Shown here piece after piece: positions 53,427 through 64,000 of a stretch of DNA of 64,000 nucleotides. Each line of letters begins with the position of its first letter. The first letter of the stretch is position 1. A program made the translations under genes and the position numbers. The notes beneath the pieces are model-generated. The model was not told where the DNA came from. It saw nothing but the letters and a program-made list of their open reading frames with translations, and searched no databases. This stretch comes from Marsupella aquatica (taxonomy: Eukaryota; Plantae; Marchantiophyta): positions 8,109,079-8,173,078 of the forward strand of contig OZ316898.1 of NCBI GenBank assembly GCA_973895155.1, in the 5' to 3' direction.

Positions 53427-54221
53427 AACCCGGTTTGAGCTGTCGGACAACTTGTCGTGTTGTCGGACACCACAACTTGTCATTTGTCGCCCGAAAATGA
53501 CCCTATTTGTCGCATATTCATTTTTATGCCCCGGTCCGGCCCCGGCCCGGCCCAATCCCTTCCCGGCCCGGCCCATTCCCTCCCCGACTCTTCCCGGCCC
53601 CTTCCATTCCCGGCTCGGTCCGGCACCCGGGTCGGCCCGGTCTCTTCCCGGCCCGGTCCCGCATCCCGCCCGGCCCCGCACCCGGCCCGGCCTCACAAAC
53701 ACTAGGTGAGGGCGGGCCGAGTGCGGGGCCGGGCGGGATGCGGGGCCGGGAATGGGAGGGCCGGGCCAGGAAGGGAAGGGGCCGGGAAGGGGAGGGGTAG
53801 GGCTGGGCCGGGAAGGGGGAGGGGAAGGGAAGAGGCCGGGAAGGAGAGGGGTAGGGCTGGGCCGGGAAGGGGGAGGGGGAGGGCCGGGCCGGGAAGGGGG
53901 AGGGGAAGGGAAGAGGCCGGAAGGGGAGGGGAGGGGTAGGGCTGGGCCGGGAAGGGGGAGGGGAAGGGAAGAGGCCGGAAGGGGAGGGGAGGGGTAGGGC
54001 TGGGCCGGGAAGGGGGAGGGGAAGGGAAGAGGCCGGGAAGGAGAGGGGTAGGGCCGGGCCGGGAAGGGGAAGGGGAAGGGAAGAGGCCGGGCCGGGAGGA
54101 AAGTAGCCGGGCTGGGAATTACCGGCCGGGAGCCGGACCGGGGACCGGGGTGGACCGGGTGACAACTTGTCGGTTGTCGAGTCCAAAGGCCTCTATTTGT
54201 CGGACAAGTCCAAACCGGGCT
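53427..54221. mobile_element. GC-rich foldback MITE-like element with internal purine-rich tandem repeats
   Basis: Termini AACCCGGTTTGAGCTGTCGGACAA ... TTGTCGGACAAGTCCAAACCGGGCT, with subterminal GACAACTTGTC palindromes. C-rich and G-rich arms are complementary about cctcac-aaacactag-gtgagg (53691-53711). A ~50-58-bp unit is repeated ~6x from 53760 to 54090. No clear TSD. Confidence 0.75.
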
Positions 54222-54847
54222 GCAGAAGGGTTCTTGACCAACGTGACGTCTTGTCGCTCCTACTGTACCGCATTGGTGTAGGTACAGGTACTGTAAGCTA
54301 CAGTATGACGAATCCGTAGGTGCTACTGTAAAAGGCTTATCCAGGCCTATACGATGGGGGTCGGATGCCAGGCTTTTCGAATACTATGAAACCTCTTGAG
54401 TCTTGATCGAAACTCTGTTCTATAATTGGAGTATATCAACGGCCAATCGTCACCCCGATTAAAGATCGCGGCGGGGCAGTATTTTGTAGCAAAATAATAT
54501 ACCAAAAGACCTTTGTGGTACCCAGTCATACCAATGTGTGTATTTTTATCTATAAATTGGTCGTTTAAGTTTGACCTATTCTTAGGTGAAGCTACATAAC
54601 TTATTTTATTTTGTAATATCTAGACTAGTTTTAAAGTGAAACTGGGCATGTGAACGACACCTCTTTTGGTGGGCCAAAATTCGCTAATCAATTACACTAA
54701 AAACAGGCAGAGATGATACTCAAGGTGAAATTTTCAAAATCGAGGGAGCATGTAATTGGTCATCTCAGTACGAATGCTTGACCTATTCTTAGGGTGAAGC
54801 CTAGGTCATAATATATTTAATATTTTTTGGAAATATTTAGATTACAT

Positions 54848-55005
54848 GAGACATTTACTTGATAGAACCCAAAATGAAATGTTACTTGATGGACCCCATG
54901 AGTGATCCTGACCATTATTGATAGACCTCAAATTGAGCTATCCAAAACATCATGGGTTGGTTGGAGAAAAAACTTTGGTTTGGGGGTCCATCAAGTAAAT
55001 GTCTC
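54848..55005. mobile_element. Small MITE with ~26-bp terminal inverted repeats
   Basis: Left gagacatttacttgatagaacccaaa and right tttgggggtccatcaagtaaatgtctc, plus internal partial copies of ttacttgatggacc. TSD not evident. Confidence 0.7.
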
Positions 55006-56257
55006 TTAATATAGGCCTCAGTGAACACGGACATGGGGAGCAATCATTTGTTTGTAAGCAAAATTTCACAATTGGCTTACCTTAAAGTAGGCAGGCAAAT
55101 GATACTCAGACTATTTTTAAAAAATGTATGGCATTTGATTCCATAACCAGACTTCATGCCTGTCCTGACCCTGTAGTTCCTACCTTGCTTCTAGAGCTAG
55201 TAGTCACCTTGGCAAATTGCAGAAAAATGAGTAAAAATTGGTTGACGGAGAGTCATCTAAATCTACTCTTCATGACAAAGTCGAGAGCCAAATCATATAT
55301 CTTGATATTTATTTCATCTCCATATTTAGATCATGATTGTGAAAATCTTGATATCTACTGTAGACTATATTTGTCAATAAGGATGGGAGTCCTTCTATAA
55401 GGAGCCCACCCCGGAGCCCACTAGAATATTGAAATTACTAGTTTGAATTTATTGTGTACTAGGAACACTCGTGCTAAAACCGAAACTTCTGTTTTGACTT
55501 TCAGAATAGTACTATCGGTGTGGTTGGGTAGTGCTATTATAGTGTGTAAAACATGAGTATGTATTTTTAGCCGTGAATAAACTAGCACACCGATGTGCCT
55601 CAGAATTCCAGCAGTTTCGTGAGAAATACCGACCTGAAAATCTGGGTATGAGTGAAACATATTAAACAATCTTCATCATATCTATGGCATGAGTGAATGT
55701 GAACTCAAACCCCTTATTCTCCTGAAACAATTGTGAAAAATATGAAGCAATCTTGTAAGTAGGTGCGCATCCAATGGCTATGAGGAATGTGAACTCAAAT
55801 CCTTTACTCTCCCAAAACAAGCCAGCTGCACGTTTTATGGAATAGGATAATGAACTGGTTAGAGGGCATTGTGAGATATAATGCCCCCAAAAGCTTGGGT
55901 GGCATTGTGTCTCTTAATGCCCTTAACTAGGACATTAATATAAATAATAACTTGAGTGATTTTCATATAGCAAACAAGAGAAAGTGAATCTTTGAAATAG
56001 AAAATTGAAATTAAAAGGCCATACAATAAGTGTTTGTTATGCAATTGGCCAAAAACATTGAAAAAGTTAAAAGCCAATCTTGTGATCTTGGATACAGTTC
56101 ATACTTTTGTTTTATAGGGTGAAACTATATATGGGTGTTACACTTTCTACATTTATGGTATTTAGTGTGATCCCCCTCTAAAGAAGGGAGGTTTTATGGA
56201 AAATTAATACACTAGAAAATACAAAGGACCAAATCTCATGTCCAATCTTTTGAGCAG

Positions 56258-56448
56258 CATTCAGAAATTAATGCATGGGCAATTGTTTACAGTTGGCTGA
56301 CCTCCAATGGGACTATCCCACGGGAGAATGTCTTCAAAGACAGGGAAGTTCATTCAGAAATTAATGCATGGGCAATTGTTTACAATTGGCTGACTTCCAA
56401 TGGGACTATCCCACGGGAGAATGTCTTCAAAGACAGGGAAGTTCATTC
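56258..56448. repeat. 93-bp tandem duplication
   Basis: cattcagaaattaatgcatgggc...gacagggaagtt at 56258 and 56351, two mismatches, followed by a residual cattc. Confidence 0.93.
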
Positions 56449-57040
56449 CTCTTTAATTGATCCCGAACTAATTGTTGATCAATTGTGCTGGAACACATGC
56501 ATGTGTGCGACCTTGCGGCATCACCTCCAGAATGGAAAAATTGTATTCCTAAGAAGGAACAACTGTTTTGACCGAGTTTTGAAGATGTTCACTACTCGAA
56601 CATCACACTATCAGCAAAGCTGCTAAACGCTAAACTCCATTGCACCAATCTTGTATCTATCAACTAGAGTGCCAAGGTAAGGGAGGAGCAAGGCTACCTT
56701 AACAAAAAAAACTTCTGATTTTGAAATGAACTATCTTCACAAAAGCTGGCATATTGATGACTGTATGACTAAGGTCGCCAATGCACTCGCTCCAATACCA
56801 GTTTGGAGACATCTCTACTAATTCTTTGTATTTAAGAGCTTGCCAGTAGATGGAGCATTCGTTCCAAGAAAGAAGGAATTCTCATCTTCCCTGCATTGCG
56901 GACCTTAGGTGAGAACGACAAAGAGTTTGCCCGCAACATTACTGAGATTGTTACCCTCAGTGTCTTTCTTTCTTTGCCCCAGTCTACCGTGGCAGCTCTC
57001 TAGTGGGTCAGATCATTACATCTACTTACGACATGATTGT

Positions 57041-57160
57041 CGATTGCAGTCCCAGTACTCAATAAGAGTAAGTGACACAACTGGAAATCGATCGGCAACG
57101 CGATTGCAGTCCCAGTACTCAATAAGAGTAAGTGACACAACTGGAAATCGATCGGCAACG
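57041..57160. repeat. Perfect 60-bp tandem duplication
   Basis: cgattgcagtcccagtactcaataagagtaagtgacacaactggaaatcgatcggcaacg x2. Confidence 0.96.
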
Positions 57161-59359
57161 CATAGCCAACACAATCCATTTCGAATTAAGCCAGTACTCT
57201 AGTCTTAGATAGTAGGACCTGCGTATCAAATTTGATGAGAATGCTGGGTGCTGTTGTCAGCAAAACTTGAAATCGTGCTGAATTCCTGTGCCAGAGTATC
57301 TTATCTTGAAGTTGAAGTTCACGAGTTTCCCTGATCTAATGTTGTCTACTGCTTAGAAAGATAAGCACCATTAACAGATCTTCTGACGATCTTAGAAGTA
57401 ACCAGGTGATGTTTTGGTTCCTTCTCTCTGAGATTCCCCAAGGTTTGCACAGACAGATGGCACACTAACAATAAAATTTGAGTCACTTATGTAAAATTGT
57501 GAAGATCGGCTTGCAGCTGAGACTGTGGAAACTTTAAACTGGGACATCCAACAGGATCTCAGCTCGATGTATTTTACTCAAGTAGCAGGTGTGTTTCTCT
57601 TCCGTTAGCTCCTCCCTGCACACCGCAGATAAAATCCGGTAAACTTCACGGTCTTCCAGAAATAAATCTGAACCCCAATGAATATATTTTATAGAACGAG
57701 TGAGAAACCGTCCCACAATCACTCACATGCCCTTACAGAATGAGGCCCTCCCTGCTTGCATTGTCCTTTTTACTTTCTATGAGGCTTTGGTGACTAGCCC
57801 ACCACATGCACAAGACGCCCATACAGAGGTTACGAGTTGAAAGGCAAAAAATCGCAGAAGGAAAATGTGTTTTACCTTGCTTCCGTATGACAGTACAGTG
57901 GGACTTAGAGATCTCTGAAACTTTTCCAATGGTTCTATCAAAACATAATTCGTCTGATAACCATGCCTTTCTGTCTGGTAAAGGCCTCCCAGAACCTTCA
58001 ATCGTGAGTAGGAGGGCTCAACAGATACCACCAGCACTTGAGGCATACCATCAGATAGAGGAATCTCCATCTGCAGAAGCAATTATTTAGGTTCATGTCC
58101 ATCATCCATTATACTGAGAAAGCCTATAGAAGCTCACTGAATGAACCAACTTGATATACAGTACAGGCAAACTAGCCTTGAGTCGGAAGTATTGTGAAAC
58201 AATGGCTCAGGACACATGTTTCATCCACCGCTTCTTTACCTCCTGGAAGAGTACTCCAACGTGAGAGTTTTCACACTAAAAATTCTGACCCTGGCGGCTC
58301 CTTGTCATTCTACATCTAAGGCACACGACTGAAGTTCACCTCTGCAGTTGATGTGTGACTAGATTTAACTGCCGAATCTGGATAAGAAACGGATTGCCGT
58401 GACGTTCCACAGAAGGACCGCGGTTTGGCCAACTGTGGTTATGATGTTCCTACACGGCTGCATCTCAGTTTCCTACACAGCTGCATCGTCAAACCCAAAG
58501 TACCTTTCATTTACGTCAGCTTGTACTCTTGCAAAATGTAACATCTTGGTTACTTGGTACTGAGAGAGTGCTTGAACAAGATGTGGCCTTGCCATGGGGC
58601 TCGAGGAGGGATCCAGAGAAAAGAATTCATGCATTGCACAGCCCTTAGGGAACAACGGCGTGAGGGATAGATGCTCTATTTGGCATCTATAGCTGGCATT
58701 ACTAACAATTGGAAACTTATCTAAGGAACATAGCTTCTGAGGGTTGCCCTCTTTGAAACTTGTATGCCAAAAAATATCATTATGCGGTAACAATTGGAAT
58801 AGAGCAGTAGGTAGGGAACGCAACAGAGGAAGAACAAATCAGCTACCGCCCAGATCATTACCACAAACAAATAGTTGCGTGATGAAAAGAATTTCTGAAA
58901 CACATCGAAGAGATGCTACTGAATGGCTCTGAATTGACGTTCCCTACATAATCTGAATGGTATTTGCCGTCATTTTCATCAGTCAAAACGCATCTGAATT
59001 GACCTCCACGACCTACTCTAAAATCAATCTTCGTATTTTCCTGCTGATCATCAATCATCTTGTATGTATCAAAATCGAACTAAACGAAAGGACCGTAGCA
59101 CCAGCGCTTTGTAAGGATCACCGAATAGGTTAAAAAACGCGTACGAAACTAGAGCTATCAGTTCTACCGGCCTTCTCGGCGGACACTAGGAAGGTGTTGC
59201 GGGGGAGGGAAATATTCAATTAGCAAGGGTCACGATCCACGTGAGCCCTGCAACGAAGAGAAAGAAGAGGAAAAAGGAAGGGGGAAGGAAGTGGTAGGCA
59301 GCATAGTAAAGAGTGTGTGGCAATCGTGCCTGTCTGCCTGCCTGCAAGGTGCGAATAAA

Positions 59360-59590
59360 TCACTTGGACTCCGCAGCGTTCTGAAAGTGTTCGGTGACAG
59401 TAGGCGACATCGGCGGAAGAACATGCGGGGGCATCAGCACGTCCGCTCTGTTAGCGTTCTCCTCGTATGGGGCAGCGGGGTCGAATGCCCAGTATCGAGC
59501 GAACAAAGCTGCCGCAGGCGCGAGGATGCACACTCCTACCAGCGCTCGTCCTGCCTGCCTGCTCACGGCAAACCCTCCAGCTCCAGACAT
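59360..59590 (-). CDS. Candidate small single-pass membrane protein (76 aa), unknown function
   Basis: True ATG start (gagcgATGtct) after a purine-rich leader, in a GC-rich island. MSGAGGFAVSRQAGRALVGVCILAPAAALFARYWAFDP... has a basic N-terminus, a ~19-aa hydrophobic helix ending in YW, and a polar/Pro-rich tail. A very strong minus-strand acceptor (long polypyrimidine tract + TTGCAG at 59248) lies just downstream. No family was recognised. Confidence 0.6.
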   Translation of the reverse strand: MSGAGGFAVSRQAGRALVGVCILAPAAALFARYWAFDPAAPYEENANRADVLMPPHVLPPMSPTVTEHFQNAAESK

Positions 59591-60540
59591 CGCTCCTTGC
59601 TTAATTACTTTTTAGCACCTCTACTTCTACTCCAACACTTTCTTTCCTCAATTTCTCTGAAGCGCTTTCCTCGGACAACAATTCCTCACCATGTGCCTTA
59701 ACCCTAAATCCTCACGATATTCGTCCTCGAGGTCGATCCTTCCTTCCCTCCTCCTCCCTTGCCTCCTTCCGAAATCCGAATTCCGACTTTTGCTCTGATT
59801 CCCTCTCGTCGAAAGAACCCTTCCCTTGCTCTGTGTGGAGGGTATCTCTCTGTGGAGGGTATCTCTCTGTGTGGGTGGGGTGTACTGGTGGGAGGAGTAT
59901 TGATTATTCAGCCCTGGCTGCCACTTTGGGTTCTGGTTTAATCCTCTCTCCCTCCTAGTCTGGTCCCTCTAGGGTCCTTGGGTATTGTCCCCTTGTGGAT
60001 GCCCTACATAGAAATGTATGCTCTAGAGCAGCAGGACGTCTACCCTCTGTTGGATGGGTCTGCTTTCGGTTTTCAAGGCAAAAAGAAAGAACCCTTGCAG
60101 TTTGCCTAAGCCCTTACCGAACGGGTCCCCTACTCAAAATCCTCATGCCGTTCTTCCCCAAGAGAATTGCAAGGTCGATCCTATCTTCCTCCTCCCTTGC
60201 TTCCTTCCGAATTTGTACATTCTCTAGACATGTGCTAATCGCAGGAGAATTGTGGTTCAGCCTTCTTTCGACGGATTCTTTACTTCTTTAGACAAACGAG
60301 ACTCAATGCCCTTCTTTGCATGTTAATAGAGATAAGACGAAAGCTTTGCAATAGAATGAATGATGTTACTTCATCTTTGCACAAATATCCCTCTTTGATA
60401 TACCCTCCGTTTTGTCTTTATTAATTATTTCTTTATCATCTAGAATTATTCTCTGGAGTTTCCACTCTAGAAGTCTAGACCCTAACTCTAATTTCTGTTG
60501 GCGCCTTATAAGTGAGATGAGTGTAGTCCATTGCACATTC

Positions 60541-61150
60541 TTTGTAGAGCCAAGATTGTAGGCTTGGCATCTTCTAGAGAAATTCTTTTGCCTCACCTTC
60601 CTTGGTGATTTACTCCACAGCTCTACCAGGCTTACTCTTTTTGGTTTTCAGTCAGTGGGGTTTCTGGTCTTCTCTGTTGGTTTGTGGCCCTTTTGTTCTT
60701 TTGGGTTTGATGGGGACTTTGGGGCTTGTGGGGCCTCTTGTGGTTTTTCCCTTTTCCGTGTCCCCCCTTTTGTTGGGACTTTTGCTTATGGGATGCTATG
60801 TCTCATGCCTTTGGGATCCTATGTCTTGGGGTTGGGTGTTTTCTTTGTAGAGCCAAGATTGTAGGCTTGGCGGCTTCTAGACAGATTCTTTAGTGTGACC
60901 CTCCTTTGTGATTTACTCCAAAGCTCTACTAGGCTTACTCTTTTTGGTTTTCAGTCTAGTGGGTTTTTCGTCTGCTCTGTTCATTTATGGGTTTTTGTTC
61001 TTTTGAGTTTGACGGGGACTCTCGGGCTTGTGGGGGCCTCTTGTGGCCTTTCCCTTCGTTCCCCCTTTTATTGGGGCTTTTGCCTGTTGGATCCTATGTC
61101 TTGTGCCTTTGGGATCCAATGTCTTGCAGTTGGGCAATTTTGTTCTTTGG
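60541..61150. repeat. Diverged ~303-bp tandem duplication of a T/G-rich repeat (probably a retroelement tail)
   Basis: tttgtagagccaagattgtaggcttggc at 60541 and 60844, each followed by homologous gtgatttactcca.agctctac.aggcttactctttttggttttcagtc...gggcttgtggggcctcttgtgg...tgcctttgggatcc.atgtcttg. Confidence 0.85.
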
Positions 61151-62541
61151 CACCATGATATCTATTGAGTAGCCAAATGCTAGTGTTTTACAGAGTTTTG
61201 TTGGGAGTAACTAATGTTGAGCCTGAACTCTTGTCAAGGTCAACCAACTCCTGTCAAGTGCAATTGTTATCATGCATAAGCAAGGTGGTCTGGTAGTCAT
61301 TGTTTAGATAAAATCGGACAGCGCAACGTCCCATGGAACCACCGTATAACAAACAATCAATACTGACACAAAGATATGTGCTTTATTCCATCTGGGTTAT
61401 GTTCATGACTGAGAAAATAAATCCACTATTTAGCACCATTGTACAGCCGTCAGAGCCTGACAAACTGCAAACTGCTTCAACTAGCCCGGGTTCAATTTAA
61501 ATAACAAATTAGTCTAAACTAGTGTGCGACTTTGACCATGGGCTCCACCTCTTCACCCAGCCATATTTTAGTGTCAAAAGTTGTTTAGTCTGTTGAATTG
61601 CTTTGCTCACAGGTGATACTCCACTAGGTAGTCTCAAGTGCCATTTTCCCCCAAAAGATTGGTCCAAAAATTTGGTCAGCAGATGTGGGAAATTTCCATC
61701 CAAAACCCTGACCCAGAACCCAACTCCAGGGCAAAGTTCACCTAAGGGGTTTTCAGCTTGAGATTGATCACAATACCTACCCACAGGTGAACTCAGCATC
61801 ATAAATGTTTTGAATTTGGTCATTTTATGAAGACATTGACACATTTGCAGGGACCAATATTTGGTGCGGACCCGTGCACTGCCCGAATTAGTGGCAATAG
61901 CCTTTTTGGAGACCACACATTTTTGATCTATGACCTTGCCCTTATTATTCTGTTTGCATAAAACCTACGCAGAACAGAAGGTTTGCGATGCCCAATTTAA
62001 TTCCCTGAAAAGAAAACTAAAGTGATCGCCCATGGAGAACCTGTGCCTCAGTTTCCCCTTGTCCGCGGGTGAACTCAACATCATCAAATTTTCCAACTCA
62101 GTCATTTTTTGAAGGGCACCAACGCTTTGGTGTGGACGCTGGTGCACCAACAGCCTGAGTTAGTGACCATAGCCCTTCCCAGTAACCATACATTTTGACC
62201 CGTGACCAGGCCCTCAGTATTCTGGGTGTGTAAAGTCTCCATACATTTTTGACCGTGACCCTGAAAAGAAAAACAAAGTGGTAGTCCATGGAGAACCTGT
62301 GCCTATAATAAGCTTCCCCTTGTAGCACATGGCACTGCGAGCTGAAGCTCTGAAAAAAGGATTCAAGGATACGTGTCCTGCAGTTGGATGGAGTAAGATG
62401 TGGGCGATTGCTGCAGGACGTGAACCACGCAATACGGATGGCAATAAGCTGAATCTGTAAAATGCGCAGAAAATGTGAGTTGAATCTCTCAAACGCCCAG
62501 AAAATGCGAGCTGTAGCTCGCAAAGGAGTGGAGGGAGGAAA

Positions 62542-63033
62542 ATGTGGGCGATTGCAGCAACATCAGTATCAGCAGGAGCAGGAATTGGAGCACCAGGCAG
62601 GGGTGTGGCGGTGGCCAGCCAAGCAGGACGACGAGGCCAAGGAGGAGAACGTGCAGCGGTGAGACGCAGCGCAAGAATCAGCAGCAGCAGCAGCAAAAAA
62701 AAACCTGCCGTGCAGAGCTTGTCGAAGGAGGAGCTGCCCCTACTGCTGCCATGGTCTGGATGTGGAGAGAGACTGGTGACAGAGGTCGGGGACTTGGAAG
62801 CCTGCATAGCTCGAGTGGCGCTGTCTCTCGTTTCCTGCGCGCTGGTGTACAACACCAGCATCGAGCTGGCTTCCCTCGCCGGATTCTACTGGGCTTGGGC
62901 TCCCATCCTCGGCACTGCGCTGCCCAACTTATTTCTGCGACTCCGCTACGGGTATGCTGGTGCGCTTGCGCTTGCTCTTGCCTGCCGCCTGACCATCTCG
63001 CACCTTTCCTCCTGCTTCAACGTAGGTCGATAG
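62542..63033 (+). CDS. Possible ORF or gene fragment of unknown function (163 aa, hydrophobic C-terminal half)
   Basis: ATG-started ORF in a GC-rich island, with an Ala/Gly/Ser/Arg-rich N-terminus and hydrophobic segments. Overlapping open frames on both strands and an A9 run make chance or decay plausible. Confidence 0.3.
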   Translation: MWAIAATSVSAGAGIGAPGRGVAVASQAGRRGQGGERAAVRRSARISSSSSKKKPAVQSLSKEELPLLLPWSGCGERLVTEVGDLEACIARVALSLVSCALVYNTSIELASLAGFYWAWAPILGTALPNLFLRLRYGYAGALALALACRLTISHLSSCFNVGR

Positions 63034-64000
63034 ACACCCATGAGACTGAGAGAGCCAGAGCTCGATGGAAATGTGTTTGAATTCCGGGGAAACTTAGAAA
63101 CAGAGAAAGAGGGAATGATTTTCTGTTCCACGACCCTCCCTAACTGATAGGTGGAAATCAGCGAGCAGATGAGATAAGCGGCTCCCTGTGATTTTGAGGA
63201 TTTGGAAATTGTGGAACCTGCTTAAGATCAACGGATACCAAAGCATCATGGCGAGTTTGCTAGCGTGGAATTAATCTGTTTCCGTCTTAAATTATTTCAC
63301 GGTTTGTTTCACGACGCAATTTTCATGGAGGAGGAGATTGTCTAGGGTCCAGCCAGTTGTTTGGACTCGTCAAAGTGATGACGGTTGATCTGGTCCGGCA
63401 AATTCGTTAAAAGGGGGCATAGGGAGGAGTGGGTTGAGTTGATTTGAATGCGTGCCTGTCCCAACAAAGCATGTAGACCAATTGAAAGGCGAGAAGCTGG
63501 ACCTGTAATATCAAAGAGGTATTTGTTTTTTGGATTGGATGAATGCAGGTATATGGAGTGCCCAAGTACTTCAAGTAAAGGTTACGAATCCGCCGAAGTT
63601 TGTAGCTGATGACAGCGGAGACCTGCTTGGGAAGTTTTTTAACAGGTTGCCAACGATTCCCTCGACTTTACAACTTGTTATTGGAGACGGCAGTCCTGCC
63701 ACTTTCAGAGTGAGTTCTCCCTTAGACTCGTGCCAGCCTTCACTATAAGCGACCATCATCGGTTTCATATGAAGTCAATATAATTGAAGGTATCACTTAC
63801 CAAGACGTCGCTTGAGCGAGGACAAAGACTAGGAAACATCCCAGGAAAAGGTTGCTACGGTTGAGCATTCGAAGATGTCTGGAAAGCCATTCTGGTAGCA
63901 TTCTCTCCAAGTGATTCAGAAACGTTTTTCGTCAAGCAACCGTTTGTTTCTGTTAATGAACTGGGCTATAGATGATGCGAGGTTAGTTTATTCTTTTTCT

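Noticed and set aside
53229-54186. Long Pro-rich / Gly-Arg-rich ORFs (up to 220 aa) resembling extensin or collagen
   Set aside because: Open in most frames on both strands because the GC-rich foldback repeat lacks stop codons. There is no signal peptide or gene context.
60602-61172. Hydrophobic ORFs that look like membrane proteins (also 3297-3494 and 41438-41776)
   Set aside because: They arise from T/G-rich repeat sequence present in multiple diverged copies, mostly with non-ATG starts.

Overview
Eukaryotic land-plant nuclear DNA with spliceosomal GT-AG introns and TTTAGGG remnants. The protein sequences and repeat landscape suggest a non-seed plant such as a bryophyte, which is inference. 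Three confident protein-coding genes can be assembled by hand: a 3-exon arabinose-5-phosphate isomerase (KdsD/SETH3-like, SIS + CBS domains; 6283-8133, +), a plastid-type aspartate aminotransferase with at least 10 exons (ASP5-like; 13844-18681, +), and a single-coding-exon SLY1/GID2/SNE-family F-box protein (47650-48264, -). Beyond these there is a candidate 76-aa single-pass membrane microprotein gene (59360-59590, -) whose stop codon overlaps a splice donor, an orphan calmodulin-like EF-hand fragment (41270-41404), and a probable spliced non-coding or small-ORF transcript on the minus strand near 27.7-29.2 kb. Intergenic space is dominated by transposon debris: a retrotransposon-type ORF at the left edge, degenerate LINE 3' ends, two minisatellite-filled Helitron-like elements with stacked 3' termini, MITEs sharing an AGCCCGG terminus (one a large GC-rich foldback), and many recent short tandem duplications. 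No prokaryote-type systems (CRISPR, operons) and no rRNA or intact tRNA genes were seen. I did not find a clearly new multi-gene system.
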